Source of the DNA: an uncultured Planctomycetales bacterium
Lineage (GTDB): Bacteria > Omnitrophota > Gorgyraeia > Gygaellales > Profunditerraquicolaceae
Reading direction: 5' to 3'
NCBI GenBank assembly: GCA_964487475.1
Contig: CAZAPM010000014.1
Location: forward strand, 1-56,474
Length of the DNA stretch: 56,474 nt
Each line of letters begins with the position of its first letter. Position 1 is the first letter of the stretch. A program made the position numbers and the translations under genes. The notes beneath the pieces are model-generated. The model was given only the letters and a program-made list of their open reading frames with translations, ran no database searches and had not been told where the DNA came from. This document shows positions 1 to 11,469 of the stretch, in pieces.

Positions 1-2
1 AG

Positions 3-1016
3 GTGCCCGTCGAGTTCGTGGGCGTGATCCTGGCGGCGGCGGTCAAGGAGGAGTACAGCGGCCCTGTCTTCATCCAGGCGGACCATACGCAGGCCAACGC
101 CAAGAAGTACGCGGAAAATCCGGAAAAAGAGATGGAAGCCTTGCAGGCGCTGATCGCGGATGCGGTCGCCGCCGGGTTTTACAATATCGACATCGATTCT
201 TCGACCCTGGTCGATCTTTCCAAGCCGAAGATCAAGCAGCAGCAGAAGAGCAATTACGAGGTGGCGGCGAAGCTGACCCAGTTCATCCGCCGCATCGAGC
301 CTAAGGGTATCACCGTGTCCGTAGGCGGCGAGATCGGGGAGGTGGGGCATGCGAATTCCACTCCCGACGAGCTGCGCGCGTACGTGCAGGGGTATAACGA
401 GCGGCTGCGTAAGGGGCTTACCGGATTGAGCAAGATCTCGGTGCAGACCGGGACATCCCACGGCGGCAGCGTCAAGGCCGACGGGTCCATCGCCGAGGTA
501 AAGCTCGATTTCAACGTGCTGCGCGACCTTTCCGAGATCTGCCAGAAGGAATTCGGCATCGGGGGCACGGTGCAGCACGGGGCATCGACCCTTCCGGACG
601 AGCTGTTCCATCAGTTCCCGGACAACAATACCCTGGAGATCCATCTGGCGACGGGCTTCCAGAACATGATGTACGATTCCAAGCATTTCCCGGCGGAGCT
701 GAAAAAGCGCATGTACGCCTGGCTGGACCAGAATGCCCAGTCGGAGAAGAAGCCGACGGATACCGCCGAGCAGTTCTATTACAAGGCGCGCAAGAAAGCG
801 CTGGGCCAGTTCAAGAAGGAGATCATGGGGCTGCCCTCCGAAGTGCGCGAGGCGATCGCCCTGGAGATCGAGCAGAAATTCGATTTTTACTTCAAACAGT
901 TGAGGGCGGTGAACAATAAGGACCTCGTGGATAAGACCGTGACCTTGAAGCGCGTGATCACCCGCGCCCGCAAAGCCGGTCCGGAAGTGGTCCACGACGG
1001 GGAAGGTGCCGACTAG
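3..1016 (+). CDS. fba: Class II fructose-bisphosphate aldolase (5' partial)
   Basis: Motifs [38 protein letters not shown]; the frame is open at the window edge. Confidence 0.88.
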   Translation: MPVEFVGVILAAAVKEEYSGPVFIQADHTQANAKKYAENPEKEMEALQALIADAVAAGFYNIDIDSSTLVDLSKPKIKQQQKSNYEVAAKLTQFIRRIEPKGITVSVGGEIGEVGHANSTPDELRAYVQGYNERLRKGLTGLSKISVQTGTSHGGSVKADGSIAEVKLDFNVLRDLSEICQKEFGIGGTVQHGASTLPDELFHQFPDNNTLEIHLATGFQNMMYDSKHFPAELKKRMYAWLDQNAQSEKKPTDTAEQFYYKARKKALGQFKKEIMGLPSEVREAIALEIEQKFDFYFKQLRAVNNKDLVDKTVTLKRVITRARKAGPEVVHDGEGAD

Positions 1017-1020
1017 AAAT

Positions 1021-1095
1021 CAGGGACGGTTCTGTTTTACGGTTAAAAGTGTCCCCTAAGGGGACACTTCTCCGAACGGACCAGAACCGTCCCTG
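1021..1095. repeat. Nested inverted repeat (REP/REPIN-like)
   Basis: Outer 14-bp perfect IR CAGGGACGGTTCTG (1021-1034) / CAGAACCGTCCCTG (1082-1095) encloses an inner IR AAGTGTCCCC-TAA-GGGGACACTT (1047-1069). Confidence 0.8.
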
Positions 1096-1108
1096 CAAAG
1101 GAGTTGCT

Positions 1109-2761
1109 ATGCGTTCAGACACGATCAAGAAAGGCATCGAACGGATACCGCATCGCGCGCTGCTGCACGCGACGGGATTGAGCAAGAAGGACCTTTCCAA
1201 GCCCTTTATCGGCGTGGCTTCGTCTTTCACCGACCTGATCCCCGGGCATGTGGGCATGCGCGATCTCGAGCGTTTTATCGAGCGCGGAGTATGCATGGGC
1301 GGCGGCGTGCCTTTCTTCTTCGGGGTCCCCGGTATCTGCGACGGGATCGCCATGGGGCATCTGGGGATGTGTTATCCCCTGGCCTTGCGCGAACAGGTGG
1401 CGGATATCATCGAGACGGTGTGCAACGCCCATCAGCTCGACGGGCTGGTGTGCCTGACCAACTGCGACAAGATCACTCCCGGTATGCTCATGGGCGCGGC
1501 GCGGGTCAACATCCCGACCATCATCGTTACCGCCGGGCCGATGATCTCCGGCAGATGGAACAAGCGTAAGCTGGCGTTCGTGCACGATACGTTCGAGGCG
1601 GTGGCCAAGGCCCAGAAGGGGGAGATATCCCAGAAGGAGCTCTCCTGCCTGGAGCTGGAGTCCTGCCCGGGACAAGGGTCGTGCCAGGGGTTGTATACGG
1701 CGAATACCATGGCCTGCCTTACCGAGACCATGGGCATGTCCATGACCGGCGCGGGCACGGCGCTGGCCGGTTCGGCCAAAAAGCGCCGTATCGCCGAGGC
1801 GAGCGGGGAGAGGATCGTCGAGCTGGTGCGCCAGCAGATCACTCCTTCCAAGATCATCACCAGGGAGTCGATGGAGAACGCGGTGACCGTGGATATGGCC
1901 CTGGGCGGCTCGAGCAATACCGTGCTGCACCTGATGGCGATCGCCCACGAGGCGGGTATCCCGCTCGACCTGAAGACATTCGATAAGATCAGCAAGAAGA
2001 CGCCGCATATCACGCTGCTGGAACCTGCGGGCGAGCATTTCATGGAGGATGTCGAGTATTCCGGCGGCATACCCGCGGTCCTGAAGCGCCTGAAGCGCAT
2101 GCTGCATGATACGCCGACCGTTTCCGGGCGCACCCTGCATGAGATCGCCGACGACGCGGAGATCTTCGATAACGACGTCATCCGGCCGTTCGACCATGCC
2201 TACCATAAGGAGGGGGGGATCGCCGTGCTCTACGGCAATCTCGCGCCCGACGGAGCGGTGGTCAAGCAGGCGGCGGTCAATCCCGGCATGATGCGGTTTA
2301 CGGGAAAGGCCATGGTCTTCGAGCGCGAAGAGGAAGCGATGAAGGCGATCCTCGGCAATAAGATCAAGGGCGGGACGGTGGTGGTTATCCGTTACGAGGG
2401 GCCTGCGGGCGGGCCGGGAATGCGCGAGATGCTCGCTCCCACCGCCGCGATCGTAGGCAGCGGCCTCGCGGATTCGGTGGCGCTTATTACCGACGGACGT
2501 TTCTCCGGAGGCACCAAGGGCCCGTGCATCGGGCACGTCTCTCCGGAAGCCTCGGCAGGCGGCCCGATCGCGATCATCAGGGACGGGGATTCCATTACCA
2601 TTGACATTACGGCGCGTAAGATCGAGGTGGACCTTACCCAGGCCGAGATAAAGAAGCGCTTCAAGACCTGGAAGCCGGTTGAGCCCAAGATCAAGACCGG
2701 GTATCTTGCCCGGTACAGCCGGATGGTGAGGTCGGCGGATAAGGGCGCCATACTAGAATAA
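1109..2761 (+). CDS. ilvD: Dihydroxy-acid dehydratase
   Basis: Motifs [42 protein letters not shown]; start moved to ATG 1109 after AAGGAG. Confidence 0.97.
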   Translation: MRSDTIKKGIERIPHRALLHATGLSKKDLSKPFIGVASSFTDLIPGHVGMRDLERFIERGVCMGGGVPFFFGVPGICDGIAMGHLGMCYPLALREQVADIIETVCNAHQLDGLVCLTNCDKITPGMLMGAARVNIPTIIVTAGPMISGRWNKRKLAFVHDTFEAVAKAQKGEISQKELSCLELESCPGQGSCQGLYTANTMACLTETMGMSMTGAGTALAGSAKKRRIAEASGERIVELVRQQITPSKIITRESMENAVTVDMALGGSSNTVLHLMAIAHEAGIPLDLKTFDKISKKTPHITLLEPAGEHFMEDVEYSGGIPAVLKRLKRMLHDTPTVSGRTLHEIADDAEIFDNDVIRPFDHAYHKEGGIAVLYGNLAPDGAVVKQAAVNPGMMRFTGKAMVFEREEEAMKAILGNKIKGGTVVVIRYEGPAGGPGMREMLAPTAAIVGSGLADSVALITDGRFSGGTKGPCIGHVSPEASAGGPIAIIRDGDSITIDITARKIEVDLTQAEIKKRFKTWKPVEPKIKTGYLARYSRMVRSADKGAILE

Positions 2762-2772
2762 AGAGGCAACAG

Positions 2773-4446
2773 ATGAAACTGACTGGTTCGCTCATATTAT
2801 TGGAGTGTCTTAAGCGGGAAGGCGTGGAGGTGGTGTTCGGGTATCCCGGAGGCCAGATCCTGCCTACTTTCGATAAGCTGTACGATTTCGACCTGAGGCT
2901 GATACTGCCCCGGCACGAGCAGGGCGCGGCGCATGCCGCGGACGGATACGCCCGGGCCACGGGAAAGACGGGGGTGTGCATCGCGACCTCCGGCCCCGGC
3001 GCCACCAATCTGGTGACGGGTATCGCCAACGCCTATATGGATTCGATCCCCATGGTGGCCATCACCGGCCAGGTGAAGACCTTCCTCATCGGCAACGATG
3101 CGTTCCAGGAAGCGGATATCACCGGGATCACCCGTCCCGTGACCAAGCACAATTACCTGGTCAAGGACGTGCGCGACCTGGCGCGTACCGTGCGCGAAGC
3201 GTTCTATATCGCCTCGACCGGCCGTCCCGGCCCGGTGCTGATAGACCTTCCCAGCGACGTGCAGGTGGCGGAGACCGAATTCGAGTGGCCGGAGGAAGTG
3301 AAGCTGCGCAGCTACAGCCCGACATGTTCCGGCCATCCGGGGCAGGTCAAGAAGGCCGCCAAGATGATCATGGCCGCCAAGAAGCCGATCCTCTATATCG
3401 GCGGCGGAGTGATCACGTCCGGCGCGACGCTGGAGCTTCTGGAGCTGGCCGAGAAGATAGGATGTCCGGTGACCTGGACTCTCATGGGTATCGGGGGCTT
3501 CCCGTCGTCCCATCCGCTTTCCTTGGGGATGCTCGGGATGCACGGCACCGCGTACGCCAATCACAGCATCATGGAAGCGGATGTGATCATCGCCGTGGGC
3601 GCGCGTTTCGACGACCGGGTGACCGGCCGGCTGGACACTTTCGCGCCCGGGGCCAAGGTGATCCATATCGATATCGACCCGTCCTCCATCAGCAAGAACG
3701 TGAAGGTGGAGATCCCCATCGTGGGGGATTGCAAGCAGGTGCTTTCCCTGCTGAACAAGGACGTCACCCGCGCGCCTTCCATCGCCGAGTGGACCACGCA
3801 TGTGGAGGGGCTGAAGAAAAGGTTCCCGATGGTGTACCGGGAGAAGTCACATAAGCTCCTGCCTCAGTATGTGATCGAGCAGATCGATCTTGCCACCAGG
3901 GGCGATGCGATCATCGTCACCGAAGTGGGGCAGCACCAGATGTGGGCGGCGCAGTGGTATAAGTTCTCCAAGCCGCGTACGTTCCTTTCCTCGGGCGGGC
4001 TGGGCACGATGGGGTTCGGGTTCCCCGCGGCCATGGGCGCCAAGGTGGGCCGTCCGGAGAAGGAAGTGGTCTGTGTCGCCGGAGACGGGTCCATCCAGAT
4101 GAACATCCAGGAACTGGCGACGTGCGTGGCCAATAAGATCAACGTGAAGGTGGTGATCCTGAACAACGGATATTTAGGGATGGTGCGGCAGTGGCAGCAG
4201 CTTTTTTACAAGCGCCGTTATTCGTACACTCCCATCACCAGCCCGGATTTCGTGAAGCTGGCGGAGAGCTACGGCGCGGTGGGTATCCGCGTGGAGAAAA
4301 AGGACGAGCTGCGGCCGGCGCTGGAGCGCATGCTTTCCCTGGATTCTCCCGTGTTCATGGATGTGCGCGTGGAAGAGGAAGAGAACGTGTTCCCGATGGT
4401 GCCTGCGGGCGAGGCGATCAACAAGATCATCGGCGAACTCGCATAA
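2773..4446 (+). CDS. ilvB: Acetolactate synthase large subunit
   Basis: FGYPGG, RHEQGAAHAADGYAR, TSGPGATN, GDGSIQMN TPP-binding motif. Confidence 0.97.
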   Translation: MKLTGSLILLECLKREGVEVVFGYPGGQILPTFDKLYDFDLRLILPRHEQGAAHAADGYARATGKTGVCIATSGPGATNLVTGIANAYMDSIPMVAITGQVKTFLIGNDAFQEADITGITRPVTKHNYLVKDVRDLARTVREAFYIASTGRPGPVLIDLPSDVQVAETEFEWPEEVKLRSYSPTCSGHPGQVKKAAKMIMAAKKPILYIGGGVITSGATLELLELAEKIGCPVTWTLMGIGGFPSSHPLSLGMLGMHGTAYANHSIMEADVIIAVGARFDDRVTGRLDTFAPGAKVIHIDIDPSSISKNVKVEIPIVGDCKQVLSLLNKDVTRAPSIAEWTTHVEGLKKRFPMVYREKSHKLLPQYVIEQIDLATRGDAIIVTEVGQHQMWAAQWYKFSKPRTFLSSGGLGTMGFGFPAAMGAKVGRPEKEVVCVAGDGSIQMNIQELATCVANKINVKVVILNNGYLGMVRQWQQLFYKRRYSYTPITSPDFVKLAESYGAVGIRVEKKDELRPALERMLSLDSPVFMDVRVEEEENVFPMVPAGEAINKIIGELA

Positions 4447-4456
4447 TAGGTGACCT

Positions 4457-4930
4457 ATGAGACATACCATATCGGTGCTGGTGGAGAACAAGTTCGGAGT
4501 GCTGGCGCGCGTGGCCGGGCTTTTTTCGGCGCGCGGCTATAATATCTCGTCGTTGGCGGTAAGCGAGACCCTCGATCCGCAGGTGTCCTACATGACCATC
4601 GTAGTGGATGCCAAGGATGAGGGGGTCCTCGAGCAGATCAAGAAGCAGTTGAACAAGCTCATCGACGTGATCTCGGTGACGGATTTCACCAAGAAAGAGC
4701 ATGTCGAAAGGGAGCTGGTGCTGGTCAAGGTCGCCTGCGCGGCGAAGGACAAGCGGGCGCTGGCCTCGAAGCTGTCCAAGTTCGTGGCCAAGCTCCTGCA
4801 GCAGTCCGGTGATACGGCGATCATCGAAGCGGTGGGCACCCAGGAGGAGATGGCGAAGCTCCTGGAAGCGCTCAAGGCCAACGGGGTTAAAGAGCTGGTC
4901 CGTACGGGCAAACTCGCGATCGCCTGTTAG
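4457..4930 (+). CDS. ilvN: Acetolactate synthase small regulatory subunit
   Basis: ACT domain start [30 protein letters not shown]; lies between ilvB and ilvC. Confidence 0.95.
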   Translation: MRHTISVLVENKFGVLARVAGLFSARGYNISSLAVSETLDPQVSYMTIVVDAKDEGVLEQIKKQLNKLIDVISVTDFTKKEHVERELVLVKVACAAKDKRALASKLSKFVAKLLQQSGDTAIIEAVGTQEEMAKLLEALKANGVKELVRTGKLAIAC

Positions 4931-4965
4931 GCATACTATTTATCAACCTAAGGAGGAAAGGTACC

Positions 4966-5958
4966 ATGGCAAAGATCTACTACGATAAGGATGCGGATTT
5001 GAATTTGCTCAAGAATAAGACGGTGGCGATCATCGGGTACGGCATTCAGGGCCGCGGCCAGGCGCTGTGCCTGCGCGATTCCGGGGTCAGCGTGGTGATC
5101 TCCGAAATGCCCGGCACCCCCAATTTCGAGCAGGCCAAGCGCGACGGGTTCACCCCGCTGCCGGCGGCGGAAGCGGCGAGGCAGGGAGATATCATCCAGA
5201 TCCTGACCCAGGACCACGTCCAGGCCAAAGTGTATAAGAACGCCATCGAGCCCAATCTGACCAAGGGCAAGGCGCTTTGTTTCTCGCACGGGTTCAATAT
5301 CCGTTTCAAGCAGATCAAGCCTCCGAAGACCGTGGACGTCTTTATGGTCGCTCCCAAAGGCCCGGGAGCGCTGGTGCGCCGCATGTACGAAGAGGGTAAG
5401 GGCGTGCCTTCCCTGATCGCCATATACCAGAACGCCACCGGCAACGCCAAGAAGATCGCGCTGGCGTACGCGAAAGCCCTGCGGGCCACCAAGGCCGGGG
5501 TCATCGAGACCACGTTTGAGGAGGAGACCGAGACCGACCTTTTCGGGGAGCAGGCCGTGCTTTGCGGCGGGGTTTCCGAGATGGTGATGGCGGGTTTCGA
5601 TACCCTGATCGACGCCGGATACCAGCCGGAGATCGCGTATTTCGAGGTGCTGCACGAGTTGAAGCTCATCACCGACCTCATCCAGGAGTACGGGATCAGC
5701 GGGATGCGGCGCCGGGTCTCCAATACCGCCTGCTACGGTGACCTTACCCGCGGGCCGATGGTGATCAATGCGCAGACCCGCAAAACGATGAAGAAGATCC
5801 TTAAGGACATCCAGTCGGGCAAGTTCGCCAAGGAGTGGATCAAGGAGAACGAGACCGGCCGCAAGAAGTTCGACGCGTTGATGAAGAAGGGCGATACCCA
5901 TAAGATCGAGAAGGTGGGTGCACAGTTAAGGGAGATGATGCCCTGGATGAAGCACTGA
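4966..5958 (+). CDS. ilvC: Ketol-acid reductoisomerase
   Basis: [39 protein letters not shown]; strong SD AAGGAGG. Confidence 0.97.
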   Translation: MAKIYYDKDADLNLLKNKTVAIIGYGIQGRGQALCLRDSGVSVVISEMPGTPNFEQAKRDGFTPLPAAEAARQGDIIQILTQDHVQAKVYKNAIEPNLTKGKALCFSHGFNIRFKQIKPPKTVDVFMVAPKGPGALVRRMYEEGKGVPSLIAIYQNATGNAKKIALAYAKALRATKAGVIETTFEEETETDLFGEQAVLCGGVSEMVMAGFDTLIDAGYQPEIAYFEVLHELKLITDLIQEYGISGMRRRVSNTACYGDLTRGPMVINAQTRKTMKKILKDIQSGKFAKEWIKENETGRKKFDALMKKGDTHKIEKVGAQLREMMPWMKH

Positions 5959-5989
5959 GCATCCTCTGCAAGGGGGAGGGCCGGACGCC

Positions 5990-7855
5990 ATGAAGAAATG
6001 GCTTTTCGTGATTGCCGGGGTCGCGGCTGCCGCAGCGTTGGCGGTCGCGCTCTATCTGCATCTGCACCCGGTCAAAGCCGGCCCTCTGGAGACGTTGGTC
6101 CCGGAGAACGCGGTAATGTATTTCCATGTGCCGCAACCCTGGGACACCGTGAGCCGGCTCAAGGATTCTCCGCTGGCGCGGGAGATCTCGGCCATACCCG
6201 GTTTTAAGGAGAACGTCGTGCCGGCCCTGGAGAACGCCAGGCAGCAGCTGCCCTATTTCCCGCTGTTGCTGGAAAAGGAGATCGGCCTGGCGGTGTATTC
6301 TCTGGGTAAGTACGAGTTCCTGGGAGCGCGCGGCGAAAAGGGAACGAGCAATTATCTTCCCGGGGATTTCCTTCTGCTCATTCGCGTCGATCCCCGCCGC
6401 TTCGGGGTTTTGGCTAAAGCCCTCTCCGATTATTACCTCGGGTTTGCGGAGCGCAAATACGTCAGCACTTCCACCTACCAGGGGGTGCGGATCACCAGTT
6501 ATGCGCTGCCCCAGCAGGAGATTACCATATACTATTGTCTGGCCGGAGACGTGTTGCTGCTGGCTAACGACAAAACGCTGCTGAACAAAGGGATCGATCT
6601 CTATAAAGGGCGCATCTCCGGGGGGCTGGGGAGCCAGTCCCGTTTCCAAAGCGCCTTTGCGCGTGCCGGCCGCAATTCTTTCTTTGCGGGATTCGTCGAT
6701 TACCGGGAGTATTTCGCCAGGCTGCAGGAGTTTACCCGGGATATCGGTTTCCCGGCCGAAGTTTCCGTAGATCCTTTTTCCGGATCGCAGCTCTGGGATA
6801 CCGGCGTCTACTCCCTGGAATTCGATCCGCGCAAGGAAGGGATACTGTACCGGGGCTGGAGCATGTACCGGCCTGAGGAGGTGTCTGCGGGATCGAATAT
6901 TTCCGGGTTGATGTCCGTGGGCAAGGAGTTCTCTCCCGGAGCGTTATCCCTGGCTCCTGCGGAGACTGTGTTGTTTTTTACGTGGGCGATGGACATCCCC
7001 CTCTGGTGGGACCGTTCCGCCGAGATGCTGCGTTCCGGCAGGCAGGGCAAGCAGGCGGCTATGGCGGCTGCCGTATCTTCCGCCGTGAGCGCGATGGGAA
7101 TCGATTTCCGGGGGGAGTTGCTTCCGGCGCTCGGTTCGACCGTATCCCTGGGGATGTGCGGTTTTTCCTGGGAGCAGGGAAATAATTCTGCCGCATCCTT
7201 GCAGCCTCTCTTTTACGCGGGCGTCGAGTTGCGGGATGCTCCCCGGGCGGAGCAGTTCCTGGAGCGCGCCATGGATAAGGCGATGTCTCTGATCAACGAA
7301 CGGAACCGTGCCCAGCGCCTGAAGGTGGTCAGTCTCCTGGAGCAGAGGCAGCAGGTACCCCAGGAGCAATTGGCTAAAGCCAAAGAGCTTGCGGCCCAGG
7401 ACGTGGTGACCCGGGAGCCTTTTCAGGCGGGAAACGCCCGGGGGTACCGGCTGCAATGGGCGGAGGGCGTCAGGCAGAAGTTCGAGTTCGCGTATTGCAT
7501 TTCCGGCGATCAGTTGATCCTGGCCACGACCCCGGACCTGGCGGCAAGAGTGGTCTCCGTGCAGGAGTCCGGGATAGGGAGGCTGACCGAGGATATGGGA
7601 TTCCAGCAGGCGGCGCGCCTGGTCCCCGCTGAGGGCACGGCGCTGTTCTATCTTAACCCCGAAAAACTGGTGCAGGCGCTGGTCCAGTCCCCGATCTTCT
7701 CCCGGGCCATGTTGCAGGCCAGGGCTTCCGGTAACTCTGCGCAGGTGGACGGGATCCTGGGGGTGTTGGGAAAATTCAAGTCATACCTGTTGACTTCGCG
7801 CATGCAGAACGAGGAGTGCGTGTTCGAGGGCTACGTGAGGATAGAGGGGCTTTAA
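5990..7855 (+). CDS. Membrane-anchored exported protein, DUF3352-like
   Basis: N-terminal hydrophobic anchor; recurring motifs LVPENAVMYF, LAPAETVLFF, LVPAEGTALFY and 'GDVLLLA/GDQLILA'. Family assignment is by resemblance only. Confidence 0.55.
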   Translation: MKKWLFVIAGVAAAAALAVALYLHLHPVKAGPLETLVPENAVMYFHVPQPWDTVSRLKDSPLAREISAIPGFKENVVPALENARQQLPYFPLLLEKEIGLAVYSLGKYEFLGARGEKGTSNYLPGDFLLLIRVDPRRFGVLAKALSDYYLGFAERKYVSTSTYQGVRITSYALPQQEITIYYCLAGDVLLLANDKTLLNKGIDLYKGRISGGLGSQSRFQSAFARAGRNSFFAGFVDYREYFARLQEFTRDIGFPAEVSVDPFSGSQLWDTGVYSLEFDPRKEGILYRGWSMYRPEEVSAGSNISGLMSVGKEFSPGALSLAPAETVLFFTWAMDIPLWWDRSAEMLRSGRQGKQAAMAAAVSSAVSAMGIDFRGELLPALGSTVSLGMCGFSWEQGNNSAASLQPLFYAGVELRDAPRAEQFLERAMDKAMSLINERNRAQRLKVVSLLEQRQQVPQEQLAKAKELAAQDVVTREPFQAGNARGYRLQWAEGVRQKFEFAYCISGDQLILATTPDLAARVVSVQESGIGRLTEDMGFQQAARLVPAEGTALFYLNPEKLVQALVQSPIFSRAMLQARASGNSAQVDGILGVLGKFKSYLLTSRMQNEECVFEGYVRIEGL

Positions 7856-7868
7856 GCGAGGAAGGCGA

Positions 7869-9374
7869 ATGGAAAAAATATATATTTTCGATACCACGTT
7901 GCGCGACGGAGAGCAGGCTCCCGGCGCGGCAATGACCTCGGAACAGAAGATCGAAGTGGCGTATCAGCTGGAGAAGCTCGGGGTCGATGTCATCGAAGCG
8001 GGGTTCCCGATCGCCAGTCCCGATGATTTCAAGGCGGTCGCGGCGATCGCATCCCGGGTCAAGAAGAGCGGGGTATGCGGGCTGGCCCGCTGCATCAAAG
8101 GGGATATTGAAGCGGCGGCCAAGGCGGTGAAAAAAGCACAGCGGCCGCGCGTGCATATCTTCCTGGGGACTTCGAAGATCCATTTGCAGTATAAGTTCCG
8201 CAAGCCCGAGGATGAGATCCTGGAATTAGCGGTCGCCTCGACCCGTCTGGCCCGTAAGCTTTGCGCGGATATCGAATTCTCCCCGGAGGATGCGACGCGC
8301 TCCGATCGGGAATTCCTCTACCGGGTGCTGGAGGCGGTGATCAAGGCCGGAGCCAGGACGGTGAACATCCCCGATACGGTCGGTTACAGCTATCCGCAGG
8401 AGGTCTACTCCCTGATCCGGGATATAAAGCATCATGTGCCGAACATCGATAAAGCGGTGATCTCCATCCATTGCCATGACGACCTGGGGATGGCTACCGC
8501 CAATTCCCTTTCCGCGGTCCTGGCCGGAGCCCGGCAGGTGCATTGTACCGTCAACGGGATCGGGGAGCGGGCAGGCAACGGCTCGCTCGAGGAAGTGGTG
8601 ATGGCGCTGAAGACCCGCCGGGACGTGTTCGGCGGATTTTCCACCAATATCAAGACCCCGTACATCTACGGGGTATCGCGTATGGTCTCCAGCTTTACCG
8701 GGTTCGTGGTGCCGCCCAATAAGGCGGTGGTGGGAAAGAACGCCTTCCGGCATGAGTCCGGGATCCATCAGGACGCGGTTTTGAAGCAGAAGAGCACCTA
8801 CGAGATCATCGATCCCAAAGATGTGGGGTTCGTGGAGCAGCAGCAGCTGGTGTTGGGCAAGCACTCGGGCCGGCATGCGCTGGCCAGCCGCCTGAAAGGG
8901 CTGGGTTTTAAGCTCGACGATTCGAAAGTGAACGAGATCTTCGGCCGCTTCAAGGAGCTGGCGGATAAAAAGAAGGAAGTCTTCGACGATGACCTGGTCG
9001 CGCTGGTGGAAGTGGGGACGGGTATCCCGCGCGCGGCCTATAAGCTCGTGTCCGTGAAAGTGACCACCGGCACCAATATCGTGCCTGAGGCGGAAGTGGC
9101 GATCGAGCACCGCAAAAAAGTGCGGCGCGCGGTCTCGACCGGGGACGGTCCGGTGGATGCCTGTTACAAAGCGGTGGATAAGATCAGCGGAGTGCGCGGG
9201 CAGCTGCTGGAGTACCGCCTGGATTCAGTGACCCGGGGCAAAGATGCCATGGGCGAGGCTACCATCAAGGTCATGTTCAAGGACCGCGCCATCACCTCCC
9301 GGGGAGCCAGCACCGATATCATCGAGGCGTCGGTGGCGGCGTACGTGGCGGCATTGAATAAATATGAATCCTAA
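7869..9374 (+). CDS. leuA: 2-isopropylmalate synthase
   Basis: [37 protein letters not shown]-terminal regulatory domain (GDGPVDA). Confidence 0.95.
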   Translation: MEKIYIFDTTLRDGEQAPGAAMTSEQKIEVAYQLEKLGVDVIEAGFPIASPDDFKAVAAIASRVKKSGVCGLARCIKGDIEAAAKAVKKAQRPRVHIFLGTSKIHLQYKFRKPEDEILELAVASTRLARKLCADIEFSPEDATRSDREFLYRVLEAVIKAGARTVNIPDTVGYSYPQEVYSLIRDIKHHVPNIDKAVISIHCHDDLGMATANSLSAVLAGARQVHCTVNGIGERAGNGSLEEVVMALKTRRDVFGGFSTNIKTPYIYGVSRMVSSFTGFVVPPNKAVVGKNAFRHESGIHQDAVLKQKSTYEIIDPKDVGFVEQQQLVLGKHSGRHALASRLKGLGFKLDDSKVNEIFGRFKELADKKKEVFDDDLVALVEVGTGIPRAAYKLVSVKVTTGTNIVPEAEVAIEHRKKVRRAVSTGDGPVDACYKAVDKISGVRGQLLEYRLDSVTRGKDAMGEATIKVMFKDRAITSRGASTDIIEASVAAYVAALNKYES

Positions 9375-9816
9375 AAGGATCGTAAGCAAGCTGGTGCTGG
9401 CGGGGTGCGTGCTGGCGGTGCTGGGCATCCTGGCCTTCCGCACGCAGATCGAGGATTTCTTTTCCTTCTCCGGGCAGTACGCCGAGACCGCGCGGCACAA
9501 TACGTTCTATTTCGCCAGCGACGAGGTGATGCGCAGGCAGCCGGTCTCCCTGTTGAAGAAAGAGACCGAGCTGCAGACGTCCGTGGGCCGGCCGTTCATC
9601 GATTTCGATATCGCGGACTGGAGGGAGTTCTGGAACCTGGTGTACGGATCATTCCCTAAGGATCCTCCGGAGCGCGAGGGGCTGCCGAAGCGGGAGCGGC
9701 AGCTGACGGAGGATGAGCTGCGGGATGAGCTGATCACCCGGTACGGGGAGCCGTTCACCTATTTTCAGCCTTCGCACTGGCAGTGGTTCATGGAGGTTTT
9801 ACGCAAAAAGAACTGA
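9364..9816 (+). CDS. Hypothetical membrane-anchored protein with an internal two-fold repeat
   Basis: Fills the leuA-aroE gap; N-terminal TM helix; codon usage like its neighbours. Confidence 0.75.
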   Translation: MNPKRIVSKLVLAGCVLAVLGILAFRTQIEDFFSFSGQYAETARHNTFYFASDEVMRRQPVSLLKKETELQTSVGRPFIDFDIADWREFWNLVYGSFPKDPPEREGLPKRERQLTEDELRDELITRYGEPFTYFQPSHWQWFMEVLRKKN

Positions 9817-9823
9817 TGCGGAT

Positions 9824-10663
9824 ATGACGCGGTACGGCCTGCTGGGTTTTCCTTTGCACCACAGCCTTTCGCCGGTAATGCACAACGCGGCGTTCGCCGC
9901 GCTGGGTATTCCCGCGCAGTACGAGCTTTTCGAGCATCCTGCCGACAGGGTGGAGGGGTTCTTGCGCGGGCTGGCCCGGGAAGGTATCTCCGGGATCAAC
10001 GTGACCATCCCGCACAAGGAGCGCGTGCTGGCCCTGATGACCGGCCTTTCCGACGACGCCCGGGTGATCGGCGCCGTGAATACCGTGCGCGTGACCGGGG
10101 AAGGGCTGCAGGGGTATAATACCGATTGCCTGGGGTTCATCCGGGACCTGCGGGAGAGCCTGCATTTCGAGTGCACAGGCAGGAGTGCCGCGATCATCGG
10201 CGCGGGAGGAGCGTCCCGGGCGGTCGCCGCGGGCTTATGCCGGGAAGGGATCTCCCGTCTCGCCATATTCGACGTGGATGCGAAAAAACTCACCCACCTG
10301 ACGGTCCATCTGGGGGCGCATTTCCCCAAGGTGAAGATCTCTGCCGCGGGTACGGTGCACGACCTTGCGGGAGGGGAACCGGACCTTCTGGTCAACGCTT
10401 CTCCGGCGGGGATGAAGCCCGGCGATCCGCTGCCGGTACCGGAATCGCTGCTTTCTCCGGGTCAGGCGGTATACGACCTGATATATAATCCGCAGACCAC
10501 GGAGCTGGTGCGCTGCGCGCGCGCCAGGGGGTTGGCCGCGGCGAACGGATTGGGGATGCTCCTGTACCAGGGAGCGGAGGCCTTTACGCTTTGGACGGGA
10601 AGGGAGGCGCCGGTCGAAGTGATGCGCGCCGCGCTGCATAACGCCTTGGAGGAACGCTCATGA
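9824..10663 (+). CDS. aroE: Shikimate dehydrogenase
   Basis: HSLSPVMHN, NVTIPHK, GAVNT, GYNTD, GAGGASRA, GLGMLLYQG. Confidence 0.96.
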   Translation: MTRYGLLGFPLHHSLSPVMHNAAFAALGIPAQYELFEHPADRVEGFLRGLAREGISGINVTIPHKERVLALMTGLSDDARVIGAVNTVRVTGEGLQGYNTDCLGFIRDLRESLHFECTGRSAAIIGAGGASRAVAAGLCREGISRLAIFDVDAKKLTHLTVHLGAHFPKVKISAAGTVHDLAGGEPDLLVNASPAGMKPGDPLPVPESLLSPGQAVYDLIYNPQTTELVRCARARGLAAANGLGMLLYQGAEAFTLWTGREAPVEVMRAALHNALEERS

Positions 10664-11469
10664 TCAAAGAGTTGGTGGCTTTCGCGTTCGGGTCGGTCGT
10701 GGGAAGTTTCCTCAATGTGTGCATCCACCGCATGCCGTTGGGGGAATCGATCGTCTGGCCGCGTTCCCGCTGTCCGCATTGTTCCAAGAAGATCCCGGGA
10801 TACGACAATATCCCTTTTGTGAGTTTCCTGCTGCTTCGGGGCAAGTGCCGCCACTGCGGCAAGCCCATCTCCTGGCGTTACCCCTTAGTCGAGTTCGTGA
10901 CCGCCTCTTTTTTCGCGCTGCTGATGTGGAGGTACGGGCTTTCCTATGAGTTCTTCTATTTCGTCGTATTCGTGAGCGGGCTGATCATCGCGACCTTCGT
11001 CGATATCCAGCACCGGATCATCCCCGATGAGGTTTCCGTGGGAGGCATGGTGACGGGCTTCCTGCTGCACTCCGCGCAGGGGCTGCAGGTCAGCCCTTTC
11101 GGCTGGACCTTTTCTCCCATGGTGGATTCCCTGCTGGGGATCGTGGTCGGGGGAGGGGTCATTTACGCGACCGGAGCGCTCTTCGACCTGGTGTATTTCA
11201 AATTGCTCAAGAAGGGGCCTATCCAGGGGGAAACGGAATCCATGGGCGGCGGTGACGTGAAGCTGTTGGCGATGATCGGGGCGTTTTTGGGATGGAAGAT
11301 GGCGCTGCTGACCTTTTTTCTCGCACCGTTCTTCGGCGCGGCGGCAGGAGTGGTGAACCTGCTGGTCAAGAAGGACCACACTATCGCTTACGGCCCTTTC
11401 CTGGTGATCGCGGCACTGGTCTCGCTGTTCTGGTCCGAGCCGATCCTTAACGTAGTGATCTACCGATGA
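10660..11469 (+). CDS. pilD: Type IV prepilin peptidase
   Basis: GSFLNVCIHR, two CxxC pairs, catalytic Asp motifs FVDIQHRIIPD and MGGGDVKL. Confidence 0.93.
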   Translation: MIKELVAFAFGSVVGSFLNVCIHRMPLGESIVWPRSRCPHCSKKIPGYDNIPFVSFLLLRGKCRHCGKPISWRYPLVEFVTASFFALLMWRYGLSYEFFYFVVFVSGLIIATFVDIQHRIIPDEVSVGGMVTGFLLHSAQGLQVSPFGWTFSPMVDSLLGIVVGGGVIYATGALFDLVYFKLLKKGPIQGETESMGGGDVKLLAMIGAFLGWKMALLTFFLAPFFGAAAGVVNLLVKKDHTIAYGPFLVIAALVSLFWSEPILNVVIYR

